A stretch of 59,081 nt of DNA from a virus (Duplodnaviria > Caudoviricetes): positions 1 to 59,081 of IMG/VR virus record IMGVR_UViG_3300033143_004027, one strand, 5' to 3'. A program made the translations under genes and the position numbers. A model generated the notes under the pieces. It was not told where the DNA came from. It saw only the letters and a program-made list of their open reading frames with translations, and ran no database searches. Each line of letters begins with the position of its first letter. Position 1 is the first letter of the stretch. Of this stretch, positions 1 to 10,072 are shown in pieces.

Positions 1-150
1 CCCTGGGGTGTACCTCCTCTCCATCTACGTCTTTCTCTACCTCTACCTCTACTTCTTGGTGTACCCTTGGGGTGTACCCTATTGGGTCTACCCTATTGGG
101 TCTACCCCTGGGGTCTACCCTATTGGGTGTACCCTTGGGGTGTACCTCCA
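1..150. repeat. Iteron array GGGT(G/C)TACCC, putative replication origin within the initiator gene
   Basis: Quasi-palindromic 10-mers every 13-14 bp flanking a pyrimidine-rich (plus strand) spacer; array continues at 58931-58980. Confidence 0.75.
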
Positions 151-583
151 GGCCGTATCTATCTGGCGAGTGCATCGGGTGGGGGTGCTCGGCCAGAAAC
201 TCATCAAGCGAGGTGGGGTGGTTGACAGCCCAGTCGGGAGGCGCCGGAACTTTTGACCTGCCAACCATACCCCACTTCGTAGACTGATATTCAAAATGAT
301 TACATATTACCAGATAGTGTTCACCATCGACCTCGTAGCGTTCAATTAGATTATGCTCCTCCAGCAGAGCCAGCGCGGCCTCAAACTCGGTTTCGCCCTC
401 CGTTGCCAATGGGAATGTCTTTAGGCGTATCGCCCACGGGTCAGCAGCTAACCTACCATAATCATCGGCGGCAGCTATAATACGAAAGTATAGTTCACCG
501 GCGAAGTGCGATTGTGAACTGACCTTGCTGAAGTTTGCAGAGTTGATGATGCTGCGGTGCAACTTGACCCACGGCTTAGGCAT
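1..583 (-). CDS. Phage replication initiator, N-terminal part (continues across the circular junction into 58549-58967)
   Basis: Hand translation from ATG 583: MPKPWVKLHRSIINS...ELYFRIIAAADDYGR...LEEHNLIERYEVDGEHYLVICNHFEYQ, open to the edge; typical initiator N-terminus; missed by the ORF track. Confidence 0.8.
   Translation of the reverse strand, partial: MPKPWVKLHRSIINSANFSKVSSQSHFAGELYFRIIAAADDYGRLAADPWAIRLKTFPLATEGETEFEAALALLEEHNLIERYEVDGEHYLVICNHFEYQSTKWGMVGRSKVPAPPDWAVNHPTSLDEFLAEHPHPMHSPDRYGLEVHPKGTPNRVDPRGRPNRVDPIGYTPRVHQEVEVEVEKDVDGEEVHPR
4..114. repeat. Terminal direct repeat (circular assembly overlap), copy 1
   Basis: 111 bp identical to 58968-59078; the initiator ORF reads in frame across the join. 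Confidence 0.9.
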
Positions 584-600
584 ATCATTTCACCAGTTTC

Positions 601-628
601 ATTATACACATTGTAGCACAAAAGTCAA
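601..628 (-). promoter_or_regulatory. Sigma70-type promoter for the initiator gene
   Basis: TTGACT-16 nt-TATAAT, 17 nt upstream of ATG 583. Confidence 0.65.
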
Positions 629-642
629 GGCTGCGCCTCAAG

Positions 643-855
643 CTACTCAAACTCCTCCCGCAGCAGACACAGGATTACTTCGGCCTCAACACCACGTAAA
701 TTAGCCGGATAGTGTTCAAATTCATTCGCAAATAGCTCTATTCGTTGTTGCACAATCTCCAGCACGCGGGCAAGGGGGACGAGGTGCTCGCCGGTTGTGT
801 CTGTCGCATTGCCTCTTCGTATGTGGCCCTCTGTCGGCCCCCAGATTTCGCTCAT
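643..855 (-). CDS. Hypothetical protein (cassette-like small gene)
   Basis: 70 aa, AAAGGAG RBS. Confidence 0.6.
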   Translation of the reverse strand: MSEIWGPTEGHIRRGNATDTTGEHLVPLARVLEIVQQRIELFANEFEHYPANLRGVEAEVILCLLREEFE

Positions 856-979
856 ATCCGTCTCCTTTCAGAATATGGCGCGGCCCGAGGAAGGGCACAT
901 TGCCCCTTTCGGCGCTATACAGTTTTCCCAGACTGGCGCTGGGTTTAGAGTTAACCGCCCCAGACCGCGCCATTTCAAG

Positions 980-1132
980 CTACTCGGCCAAGTGTTCTAA
1001 TTCGTATTTCAGGTTGCTATACATCTCCAGCGCATCCTCTTCTGTGAGCTTGCCTTTCCGTATTGCCTCGGTGATGATTAGCATAACAGCGAACTCGGCT
1101 GTTTCCAACAATATCTTCCTCTTTTCGCTCAT
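980..1132 (-). CDS. Hypothetical protein (cassette-like small gene)
   Basis: MSEKRK start after AAAGGAG RBS; leader shared with the 643-855 gene. Confidence 0.6.
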   Translation of the reverse strand: MSEKRKILLETAEFAVMLIITEAIRKGKLTEEDALEMYSNLKYELEHLAE

Positions 1133-1288
1133 TCTGTCTCCTTTCAGAATATGACGCGGCCACGGCTGCACGGTTTTCAGGCCTTTTGCCTCGCGTATTC
1201 AGACGCTTAGCTGCTATTCACGCTTGTGGGAAATACCTCATACAAGTCGTGGCAGCCTCTGTAAACATACCGCAGGCCACGCCTCAAG

Positions 1289-1447
1289 CTACTCGCCCTC
1301 GTCTTCAAGTATTGTAAGTTCGTCTACGAGTACTGCAAGTGTTGCCTCTATTGCCCACAAAATTGTAGCGCAATCGGCGGTCGGGACTTCTTGTGCACTG
1401 CGTAGTCCAACAGCTTCTATGATGCGTTCTTTGGCAGTCATCTCCAT
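1289..1447 (-). CDS. Hypothetical protein (MEMTAKERII...EDEGE)
   Basis: Hand translation; AAAGGAG RBS; below the ORF-track cutoff. Confidence 0.55.
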   Translation of the reverse strand: MEMTAKERIIEAVGLRSAQEVPTADCATILWAIEATLAVLVDELTILEDEGE

Positions 1448-1477
1448 CTCCTTTCACAACAGAATATCGGGCCGCGC

Positions 1478-1687
1478 TTATTGTGTGTTGGCTATCGCAT
1501 TAACTATCTCTCGAGCAATCTTTCGAGCTTTTCGGGCATCGGCAGCCGACGAAAAGATGTAGCCATTGGCCGCTTCTACCACACCGTTTATCTCAAGTTC
1601 ATAATTGAGGTACTTATCCTCAATATGCCGTTTGGGAGCATCGGCGTTCCAAACAATATGAATTTCCATTTTTCCATCTCCTTTCAC
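1478..1687 (-). CDS. Hypothetical protein
   Basis: ORF with AAAGGAG RBS; true start probably MEIHIV. Confidence 0.55.
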   Translation of the reverse strand: MKGDGKMEIHIVWNADAPKRHIEDKYLNYELEINGVVEAANGYIFSSAADARKARKIAREIVNAIANTQ

Positions 1688-1741
1688 AACAGTATCACCC
1701 TTGCGCTTGCTGCATCATTGCCCATACACAGTGCACTCCAG

Positions 1742-1993
1742 CTATTGTAAGATTGGTATGCTAGGTGGTTCCTCAATCTCGCCCGTGCCACGACAAAGGG
1801 GGCATATCTGGCGGACGGGATAGCAACCTGCGCCACCACACCTCGGGCAGATCTCGCTGTAACCTTCTACATCAAGGTCGCCAGTTTCGGGGTTCATTGC
1901 GGCTACTCGCCCATAACCCTCACAATACGAACAGGTCTCTTGATATTCCACTTCTCCACTGCCGCCACAGGTTGGGCATTCAATCATTTTCAT
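1742..1993 (-). CDS. DnaJ-type CxxCxGxG zinc-finger protein
   Basis: Four CxxCxGxG repeats. Confidence 0.75.
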   Translation of the reverse strand: MKMIECPTCGGSGEVEYQETCSYCEGYGRVAAMNPETGDLDVEGYSEICPRCGGAGCYPVRQICPLCRGTGEIEEPPSIPILQ

Positions 1994-2003
1994 AATGCCT
2001 CTC

Positions 2004-2672
2004 CTAAAATAGGTATATGTTCCTTACCCACGACTGGTCGCGCAGAGCCTTTGTTGGTGGTCGGTGCAGAAGGCACCTGTCAATCCAGACATCAGCGGGC
2101 TTGCGCTTGCTACTATAGGCTTCAGGGTGTTGGGCACGGTGCCGGTTCTTTCTACTGCCGGTATCAAACACTTGGCGTAACTCATACCCAGCAGGCAGGT
2201 CAATCAACACCCACGTCCCCCAGGGCTGGTCAAGCATAGCTGCTACCCGTGACGATACCTTGCGACCGCTGGCGGTCGTGTGATTGACACCTGGCTCTCC
2301 TGGCCAATAATTCGTAATCCAGGCCAGCTTCCTCGTCGGCGTCACGGTCAGCAGTTTCTTGTAGCCTTGCTGCTGCCAGGCTTCCAATTCGCCAAACTCA
2401 CCATTCAATGCCTTCTTCGCCACTTGACGACAGACAGCAATACTCGTAATTTCTTTACTTGTATCGCCGCCCTTTGTCAAGTCGGCGGGCAACTCAGCGG
2501 CATTGCAAGGAATTACTACTGTAAGTAAAAGGACAAGCCAGACTATAAATGCCAGAAATGCGATATGCTTCAATCGGGGAAGGTTGCGCCATAGTAGCCA
2601 CTGTATCCCACATACGAACGAAACAAGCACTATTACAAATACGGTAGTTCTTAGTATGGCTATAATCATCAC
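2004..2672 (-). CDS. Membrane-anchored 3D-domain (cell-wall hydrolase-like) protein
   Basis: Two N-terminal hydrophobic segments; TTASG...VAA...PWGT.V....DTG...ID motif of 3D domains. Confidence 0.6.
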   Translation of the reverse strand: MMIIAILRTTVFVIVLVSFVCGIQWLLWRNLPRLKHIAFLAFIVWLVLLLTVVIPCNAAELPADLTKGGDTSKEITSIAVCRQVAKKALNGEFGELEAWQQQGYKKLLTVTPTRKLAWITNYWPGEPGVNHTTASGRKVSSRVAAMLDQPWGTWVLIDLPAGYELRQVFDTGSRKNRHRAQHPEAYSSKRKPADVWIDRCLLHRPPTKALRDQSWVRNIYLF

Positions 2673-4582
2673 CGCGTCCTTTCATCGGCAGCTACTCTAT
2701 CAAGCGGCCCACTGTACGGCCAATCTGGTTGCCAAACATCATAAGGCCTTGGGTATTTTACGAGGCCACATTTCCTGCAATAAACGATTACCTCAAGCGG
2801 ATTGCCTATCTGACGCCGAGATACCCATTCGTGGTCGCAGATAGCCTGTTCGTAAGTCGGCATTATTCTGTCCTTTCTTCGGCAGGGTAATCGGGAGTCT
2901 CATCGTTGGCCTCATTCCTTGACACCTTATCTGTAGTAGCATCATAAATATAAGGGCAGATTCTACATCGACAGGTTGCTTTCTCGATTAGCGTTTCACA
3001 ATGAATCATTTCCCGATTACCCCAATCTATCGACATATCAGTATTGTCTATTGGGGTTGTAACATTATAGACTTCCAACGCTTCGATTTTAACCTCATAT
3101 CCACACTGGTCGCATATCAATGCTCTAGGACTCTGCCAAGCCATCATCATCGCGTCCTTTCGGTATCGGATACTTTATGAAGCCGCGCCTTCGGCAGTAA
3201 ATGCACTGAAAGCATAGTGCTGAGTTCTGATAAGAACTGCTCGCGCTCGCTTCGTTTTACTGGTCTGTAGTAGCCGCACTTGCAACAATACAAGCCGCCG
3301 TCAGGGTGAACAATGAGGTAATGGTTACATTCTGGGCAATCTGGCTTCATCGTCCCGTCCTTTCTGCGGCAGGCTAAGAAGGAGGCTCATCAGCGGCATC
3401 CTCGCGAGTATGGATTAGCCAACGCAATTGCTCGACATCATATATGCCCCCGTCTTCCCCTTCGGTATGTATCTCATAAAGGTTTAGTAGGCGTACAGCA
3501 AGCACAAGCATCTCCTCCAACTCGGCAACGCGGTCGCGGATGGCCTGTAGCTCATCTCTCGTTATCCAGGTGGAAGGGACACTGTGCCCTAATTGCTTGG
3601 AGGAGAAAGGCCCTCGTGGGTAGCATTGAGCTATTTTCTCGTCTAATAGTCTAATCAGCTTGTTCACGCTCGGCCTCCTCGCGGGCTTCATATTGCTCTC
3701 TAATCTCATCTTCACTCATTGCCCTGTCAGATAGTACAATATCACTAATTGTTCCCTGCATTGTTTGGCAATTAACTAGTGCTACATATACCTCGTGGTA
3801 TTCATCCTTGAGTTTGGCAATGATGCGCTCCAGCTTGTCAGCGCGGTCGGCCCACATATCGAGCAGAGGTTTGCTTATCACCCCGCCCTTTGTGGCTCGT
3901 ATCCATTCACTCAGAGTCCCGTACATCTGCCTCCTCCTTCGCCGACCCGTCCAGCAGAGCGATGATTTGTGTAATGCGGTTGCGGTCTGGCAGAGATAAG
4001 CGGTATTGTTCTGGGCGTGGGGCAAGTTGGTCTCGCGAGTCAATACAATAAGGCTGGGCGAGGTGCTCATCCCGCAGATAGGTCAACATACCAATCGCCG
4101 CGTCCCGCGCCCGTGCCATCTGGGCATAATCTTGGCGGAGAAGGTCGGTGGTCAGTTGCAATATCTGGCGGGCATTGCGGAGCTTGTCGCGCTCAAACTC
4201 CATCATCTCGTTCTTATTGTAGGCTAACGCCCTATCTGCCATCGCCAGCATCCCGTCAACCTTATCCAGCTTCTCAATATGGTCTTGCATCTGCTCATTC
4301 ATTGGTGGCCTCCGCTTCTGGAATAGATATTGTGCTGCCGTCTTGTCGGCAAAGAGTATTGCAGTTATGACAAAAGACCTCTACCCGCCCCTCCTCTTTG
4401 CCGCGCTCAAACCATAACGCCGGATACCCCAACCACGCCCACTTCCTACGACAATACCGCCACCGCCCACAGTCGCAAGTTGCCTCTGCTTCTCTATCGC
4501 GGCGATAGTCTGTTTCTAGCATTGACAGCCTTCCCGCCATATTGTCTACTTGGTCAATCAATTCCTTCTGCCACTTCTTCAT
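2669..4582 (-). CDS. Run of small hypothetical early genes (2669-2863, 2863-3150, 3147-3350, 3374-~3715, 3651-~3923, 3907-4302, 4295-4582), several Zn-ribbon-like
   Basis: Tightly packed or overlapping minus-strand ORFs with RBSs; CxxC pairs in several. Confidence 0.55.
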
Positions 4583-5747
4583 TGGTGGCCTCCTTGATAA
4601 TTCCGAGTTTTGGTTTTGCTTTCTTCTCTATCAGGTGCGAAAACATTCTGTCAATCAATTCGGGTTCCCGCTCACCGCTCAGTGGCCTGGCTTTCGCGGC
4701 GGCCTTCTTGATTTTGGCATTGTCAAACTTAAGCAGGCCTTGCTCCATTGCCTGATAAGCAAGTTCTTCGTAGGGTTCGTCTGATATTAGTGCCTCCAGA
4801 AGCTCTATGTCGGCCATTGGGTTTGACCGGCGGCTCGGCAACTGGTACTCAACCTCGCCGTGGGGGTAATGCCAGCCCCACTGACCGCTTTCTGTATCTA
4901 TTGGCCCCCTAAGCTCACAATCTTCCTGCAATTGCGCCCGCAGCCGCTTGTAGGCCGCCTGGTGGTATTCATACGCGCCTATCATATCCAGTCTATCGGC
5001 ATTCGTCTTCAACTGGTCAATTGGGCGTATCCTGCGGTCGCGGTACGGACAAACCGTGGTGAGGAATGGACAGAAGTTGCAGTGGCTCCCAGGCTTCGCG
5101 GGGAACCTTGTAGCCGACTTGACCTGCTCAACCAATAGCTCTAACCAATCCCAGCTCAAATCCTTCGGGCCGACATACCACTCGACGAGGTTCTCTTCGT
5201 AAACAGGATTGATTTCTGGGTAAAGTAATTGCAGCCGAAACTTGGCATCGGGTTCGCCGACGACTTCCCGCCAGGCCAAGGCATAGGCAAGCAACTGATG
5301 CGACGGTCGGTCCGTGTCGGCGGCAACGAACCCGCTCTTGTAATCAAGGATTATCCAGCGCTTGGTAACGGGGTCATATTGCACCAGGTCAATCTTGCCA
5401 TTGAATATATCACCGCCTGGCATATCAACCTCAAACCACCGCTCAACCGACTCGTCAGCATAGACTAAATCGTGACGGAAGGTTAGTGCGTCGGCCAACC
5501 ATTCTAAGACTCGTTGCAAACGCGGGTCATCTTCACCAGCGGCCATTGCCATTGCATAATCGTGGTCGCGGCTGACCTTGTTTCGGTAGCAGTGTAGCGT
5601 ATATTGCTCAATTGCTTCGTGCAGTCGGCTGCCAAACTCAAAGCCAGGGACAATCTCTTCGGGTTTCTCAAGGATGTACTTAAACTCAAAGGCGGCGGGG
5701 CATTGTCTGAACATTCGCAGGCGGCTGAATGAGAACGTGTTAGTCAT
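4554..5747 (-). CDS. PD-(D/E)XK RecB/Cas4-like exonuclease
   Basis: SFSRL..F..CP, GSRLHEAIE, GKIDLV...ILDYKSG, QLLAYA, C-terminal CNFCP...C. Confidence 0.85.
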   Translation of the reverse strand: MTNTFSFSRLRMFRQCPAAFEFKYILEKPEEIVPGFEFGSRLHEAIEQYTLHCYRNKVSRDHDYAMAMAAGEDDPRLQRVLEWLADALTFRHDLVYADESVERWFEVDMPGGDIFNGKIDLVQYDPVTKRWIILDYKSGFVAADTDRPSHQLLAYALAWREVVGEPDAKFRLQLLYPEINPVYEENLVEWYVGPKDLSWDWLELLVEQVKSATRFPAKPGSHCNFCPFLTTVCPYRDRRIRPIDQLKTNADRLDMIGAYEYHQAAYKRLRAQLQEDCELRGPIDTESGQWGWHYPHGEVEYQLPSRRSNPMADIELLEALISDEPYEELAYQAMEQGLLKFDNAKIKKAAAKARPLSGEREPELIDRMFSHLIEKKAKPKLGIIKEATNEEVAEGID

Positions 5748-5974
5748 TGTGACCTCTTCTTAACCCAGCGATTGGTTAGCATATGGTAGCCAAGGAAAAG
5801 CCACATACATTGTGCCCAAGTTAATGCGGGCAGGCCGAGGCCGTCTTGAATGGCGGCCCAAGCCCACCATAGTACCAATGTGCGCAGGACAAATATAAGG
5901 ATGGCGGCAATAAACTCAGCTATTGTGTCTTTGATCTTGTTGCTCACCCTCGTCGCCCTCCTTAAACCAATCAC
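5744..5974 (-). CDS. Small membrane protein
   Basis: Two hydrophobic segments. Confidence 0.5.
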   Translation of the reverse strand: MIGLRRATRVSNKIKDTIAEFIAAILIFVLRTLVLWWAWAAIQDGLGLPALTWAQCMWLFLGYHMLTNRWVKKRSQ

Positions 5975-6176
5975 GGATTCGTCTGATTATGAGCGTGGCC
6001 TCGCGATGCCGGTGCATTGCAAGCTCGCCAGGATTGTAATGGTCAAGTGCGCGCAGAGTATCAATCCGCTCCCCAATGAGATGTTCAACGATTTCTAGAG
6101 GCACCCAAAGCTCCCCGTCCGGCACCGCCCCAATATCCCATAGTCTTACAGAAAAGACACGGCCGACCATATCCAT
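5916..6176 (-). CDS. Hypothetical protein
   Basis: Translationally coupled to the RecT stop. Confidence 0.5.
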   Translation of the reverse strand: MDMVGRVFSVRLWDIGAVPDGELWVPLEIVEHLIGERIDTLRALDHYNPGELAMHRHREATLIIRRIRDWFKEGDEGEQQDQRHNS

Positions 6177-7003
6177 TACTCATCGCCCCCCAAGTCCAAT
6201 CGTTCTATACTGCCTTTGGGCGGTTGGTCGTATTCGTCTGGCTGGCTATCCTCCAGTGCATCAACTTGTTCCTGCCACTCGGCCAGCAGATTGCCAATAT
6301 GCTCCGGCCCCGCCTTGTTAATTTCGGTTCGTATCTTGGCAGCCGAATAGCCAAGCAGGTCACCAAGTTCATTGGCTTCGGCAATCAGGTCTTCGCCAAT
6401 CCCGGGGGCCGCCTCCTCACCGTCTTCAATTTCCATCTCAACTGACGGAACAAAGACGGCACCGTTCTCGCTAACCTCTACTGGCGCACCCAATTCCTCG
6501 GGCAAGTATAGCCCACCGATAACATCAGGGAAGACAATACGGGCACAAGCTGCTATTGCCCGCCACCTGCACATAATTCGCGGGTAGCCCTGCCAGGGCC
6601 CCTTCGTCAGCAGGCCGGCAGTAGTGGCGTCTTTCATTGTGAAGACCTCACGGTGAGTTACATCTATGTCCGACCGGTGCATTGTCACCGCCCAGCCCTG
6701 CTTGTCTGGCTCTTCCGCGCGGATAGCCTCAAACTCAATTCCCGCGCATTTACCGGAGTTGTATATTAGCCCCAGCATTGCCTCGCCTTCCAGCGTTACT
6801 CGCCCGTTGACTACATACATACTGGCAAGGGCCTCCGTCGGCGGGATGCCCAGCTCGTGCCCCTTCTGCATCACAAGGATGACCTGCTCGGTAGTCATAC
6901 CCTTCGGAACGAGTTTGGCTTCTATCACCATATCGGCCAACTTCTGTTTCGCGGCCAATGCCTCGTCAGTCGTATACGCCTGCAACTTCTCACTCTCGCT
7001 CAT
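6176..7003 (-). CDS. recT: RecT/Redbeta-like single-strand annealing protein
   Basis: GHELGIPP.EAL..MYVVNGR, AGLLTKGPWQGYPRIM..WRA, FPDVIGGLYLPEEL; adjacent to the exonuclease. Confidence 0.8.
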   Translation of the reverse strand: MSESEKLQAYTTDEALAAKQKLADMVIEAKLVPKGMTTEQVILVMQKGHELGIPPTEALASMYVVNGRVTLEGEAMLGLIYNSGKCAGIEFEAIRAEEPDKQGWAVTMHRSDIDVTHREVFTMKDATTAGLLTKGPWQGYPRIMCRWRAIAACARIVFPDVIGGLYLPEELGAPVEVSENGAVFVPSVEMEIEDGEEAAPGIGEDLIAEANELGDLLGYSAAKIRTEINKAGPEHIGNLLAEWQEQVDALEDSQPDEYDQPPKGSIERLDLGGDE

Positions 7004-7068
7004 CTTGATTGCCTCCCTCCCGTTTAATGTCCTCAACAAAAGTATACCCAACCAGCGGGCAACTAAAC

Positions 7069-7332
7069 CTACTCCCGCGACTCATCCATCAACGTCTTCT
7101 TGGTTACTTGTGGGCCTGGGCTATTGGCCTGTTGCATAACCCGATTGATTTCGCCGACCACCAAACTGTGATAGTAGTCAGCCCTTCGCCGGTCCTTGCT
7201 CGCCACCATCATCAGCGACATAATCAGGGCTATAGCAATAAGCCAAGTAATGACAGCCAGGACTATCACCCAGCCCGAAATCACGAATGGGCCTGCGGGC
7301 AACACGGATTGTAGCCATTCTACGGGGTTCAT
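7069..7332 (-). CDS. Small membrane protein
   Basis: Long hydrophobic segment. Confidence 0.5.
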   Translation of the reverse strand: MNPVEWLQSVLPAGPFVISGWVIVLAVITWLIAIALIMSLMMVASKDRRRADYYHSLVVGEINRVMQQANSPGPQVTKKTLMDESRE

Positions 7333-7700
7333 TTTGTCTCATCCTCTGGTCGTTGTACTACTCGGAAGTGATTACACCACATCATCTTCGGCACTTCACC
7401 GTAGAAGTCTTTCAGGACCTGCTCCAGCAACTCCCACGGCGCGTACTGACCCGTCGCCCTGAAGCCATCCGCGTGAGCAAACTCATCAGTCAGAAACTCC
7501 TCGCGCCGCATTTTTACCCAGCCGTGAAACTGAATGATAATGCCCGTCCGCTTGCCGTTGACGGTCACTTCTTTCAGTCCGTGGCAGCGTCGCTTCCGTA
7601 GTGTATGCACCTTCTCGCCGCTTAGTATCAGCGGGATAGGGTCATACCCAAACTGAGGCATCGGCGTCATTGCGATTGTGGGCAACAGCTTACTCATCAT
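7329..7700 (-). CDS. ASCH-domain protein
   Basis: ILSGEKVHTLRK (GxKxxTxR) and TDEFAHADGF motifs. Confidence 0.7.
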   Translation of the reverse strand: MMSKLLPTIAMTPMPQFGYDPIPLILSGEKVHTLRKRRCHGLKEVTVNGKRTGIIIQFHGWVKMRREEFLTDEFAHADGFRATGQYAPWELLEQVLKDFYGEVPKMMWCNHFRVVQRPEDETK

Positions 7701-9922
7701 CAGTCCTCCCTTCGGCCTGTTCTTCGAGTTCGCGGCGGTGGTTCAGCGCTATCGAGATGGCGTGGTTGATGCCCCTTCGATAGCTGGCGACTACCCCCGC
7801 CGGCTCGGCGGCACGCAACAGAGCAAGTAGGTAGTCGCATTCGTCAATCCGCACCTCGCGCTCCGCCTTCCGCAGCAACTCGGCATCGTGGCGAACGCCC
7901 TTGATTACAGCATCGGCGAGGGCTTGATTGTCCTGTGCCTTCCGAGCCAATGAATACCGAACCTGGTCGATATCATCAGCCATTCCTGGCTGGTCACACT
8001 CCCGCATTATTGCAGCGGCCAGTTGGAGATATTGGCACTTGGCTTTGTCCACTGCTTTGCTTATCGCAGCTTGCATTTCGGCTATCAATTCTTTGCTCAT
8101 TGTGGGGCCTCCTCGGGTGGCTCGTAGCCTTCACGCTCGTCTTCTGGCAGGTGCCGGTCTGTGTACCACAGCACAAACTCTACCGCATCGTCAAGCGCAG
8201 CCTCCTGGCCCTCCCAGAACTTAGCGGCAGCCTGGTCTCCCGCCCTATACATCGCAACCTCAGCGTTGATGGTGCTACGGGCGCGTCTGCCCAGTATGTC
8301 GGCTACATACCTCAGCGCGGCGATTACTTCCTCTTTGTGTACGACTTCTGTGCTAACACCTGGTATAAGCATTATCATCGTCCCTCCTTAGTCTCTGTCT
8401 GGTAGGTACGCTTCGCAGGCCCTCATACGCACCTGCTCAGATAGCGATAGCCAGGCGAGGGCAGGAGACTTGTAGTCATAGTCAGAAGCACATATCCTGC
8501 CCGCCCGAGCATCAGCTATGCGCATCAGGTCTGCCCAACAATCTATCTCCCGCTCGGACAATATGAAGCGGGGCACAAGTACCTCCACAATATCCTCAGC
8601 CTCGGGTTCGGCGGTCGCGGCCAATACCTCAGCATACTTCCGAATATCGTCAACTCGCTGGTTCATTGTTGCAATCTCTCCATTCGCTGGCTGTCATTTC
8701 GTCTGCTGCTTTGTAAATAAATCCCCGTCCATTACAGCGCGAACAGCAATCACAAGCGCGTCCGAACGGGTAAATTGCGCGGTAGCTATAGCCTCTGCCA
8801 CTACAGGCGCTACAGCGTACCCGATATTTGGTGCGCATCACTCATCCTCCTTATCGTCACTCGCTGGTTCATTGTTGGCACCCTTCTTTTGTGCTCTGAC
8901 AAAAGTATCTATATCGTACCCCGCTGGATTGGTCTCTCCGTTGTCCAACATAATCGTGCAAACCCTATCACGAGCAGCATCCATTTTATTGACAATGGGA
9001 GTTCCGCCTGTAGCCTCACAATACCATCCTTGGCTCAACATAGGACATTCAGGAATGGTCTTTCCCTCGTAATTGACATACTCAAAACAACTAGCACGAG
9101 GCAGGGCAAGTTCTTTGTCACGGTCACGCATTACTCGCTCTCCTTATACTCGCTTGCTGGTTCATTGTCGGTGTCCTCGTCATCTGTCTTAATCCTCCAG
9201 GCAATTTCCGCTCCGTGAGAACTCCCGTGAATATCAATCGGTGTATGCCCTGCGTATTGCCTGGCCTTTATTAGACGTTGCTCGGCTACTTGCCGGTCGT
9301 CGGTTATGCCACCCCAGACATAGGACGGAGGGCTTTCACCAATCTGCCCAATTACCCGATAGTGAGCCATCACTCATCCTCCTTATACTCGCCAATCTCC
9401 AGAACCCGCATCCTGCCAGGCGGCGGGAAGCCGAGGGCGGAGAGGTCAGTCTGCTTATAGTAGCCCATAAATATACGCTGGCCGCTTGAATGAAACCATC
9501 GCTGCTTCCTCTTATAGTATCTTGGCTTGACCCGCCACAAGTGACAAACACAATCAGTTATAATGGCGGGGTCAGTAGATGCTACACTAGTCGTCAGATA
9601 CAGTTTCATCATCGCTGCCTCCCTTTCAATAATGCCAGGCCTATTGTTGCATCTCGCTAACTGGTACCGACACCTCGCTGCCACTTTCTATACCTACAAA
9701 CTTTTCGTATAGCCAGCCCCAAGCCGCCGTGCCCCAGACCTCGCCCGTACTCTTGTGGATTTCCCAAGGCAATTCTGGGCGTCGGCCAGTGGCTTGTGCC
9801 AAGAGCTTCTGTGCAGCCGATAGCGAGTAGACAACCCCGCCCCACTGGAAGGGTCGGTTCTTACCATTAGGAGCATAGGCGTGATGCTCCACAACATACT
9901 TTTCGGTTTCATCCGGTTTCAT
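7690..9922 (-). CDS. Run of small hypothetical early genes (7690-8100, 8097-8378, 8388-8666, 8650-8841 DnaJ-like Zn finger, 8838-9131, 9131-9373, 9370-~9612, 9641-9922)
   Basis: Contiguous coupled ORFs with GGAGG RBSs. Confidence 0.55.
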
Positions 9923-9981
9923 TGTTGCCTCCCTTTCATCTGCCTATTGGTATGATACCCAACTTAACTGTGTATAAACTT

Positions 9982-10010
9982 ATTATAACTTATTTTGCGG
10001 CCCCTGTCAA
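9982..10010 (-). promoter_or_regulatory. Perfect consensus sigma70 promoter (early)
   Basis: TTGACA-17 nt-TATAAT in an AT-rich intergenic region. Confidence 0.85.
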
Positions 10011-10072
10011 GCGTCATCTTCTCGCAACGTCTTCGCAGTCGCTTTCTGTATTCATAAGTGCACCAATTTAGA

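Noticed and set aside
1-150. CRISPR array
   Set aside because: The repeats are 10-mers with 3-4 nt gaps inside a coding frame; there are no unique spacers and no cas operon.
4554-5747. CRISPR-associated Cas4
   Set aside because: It lies beside RecT with no cas1 or array, so a recombination exonuclease fits better.
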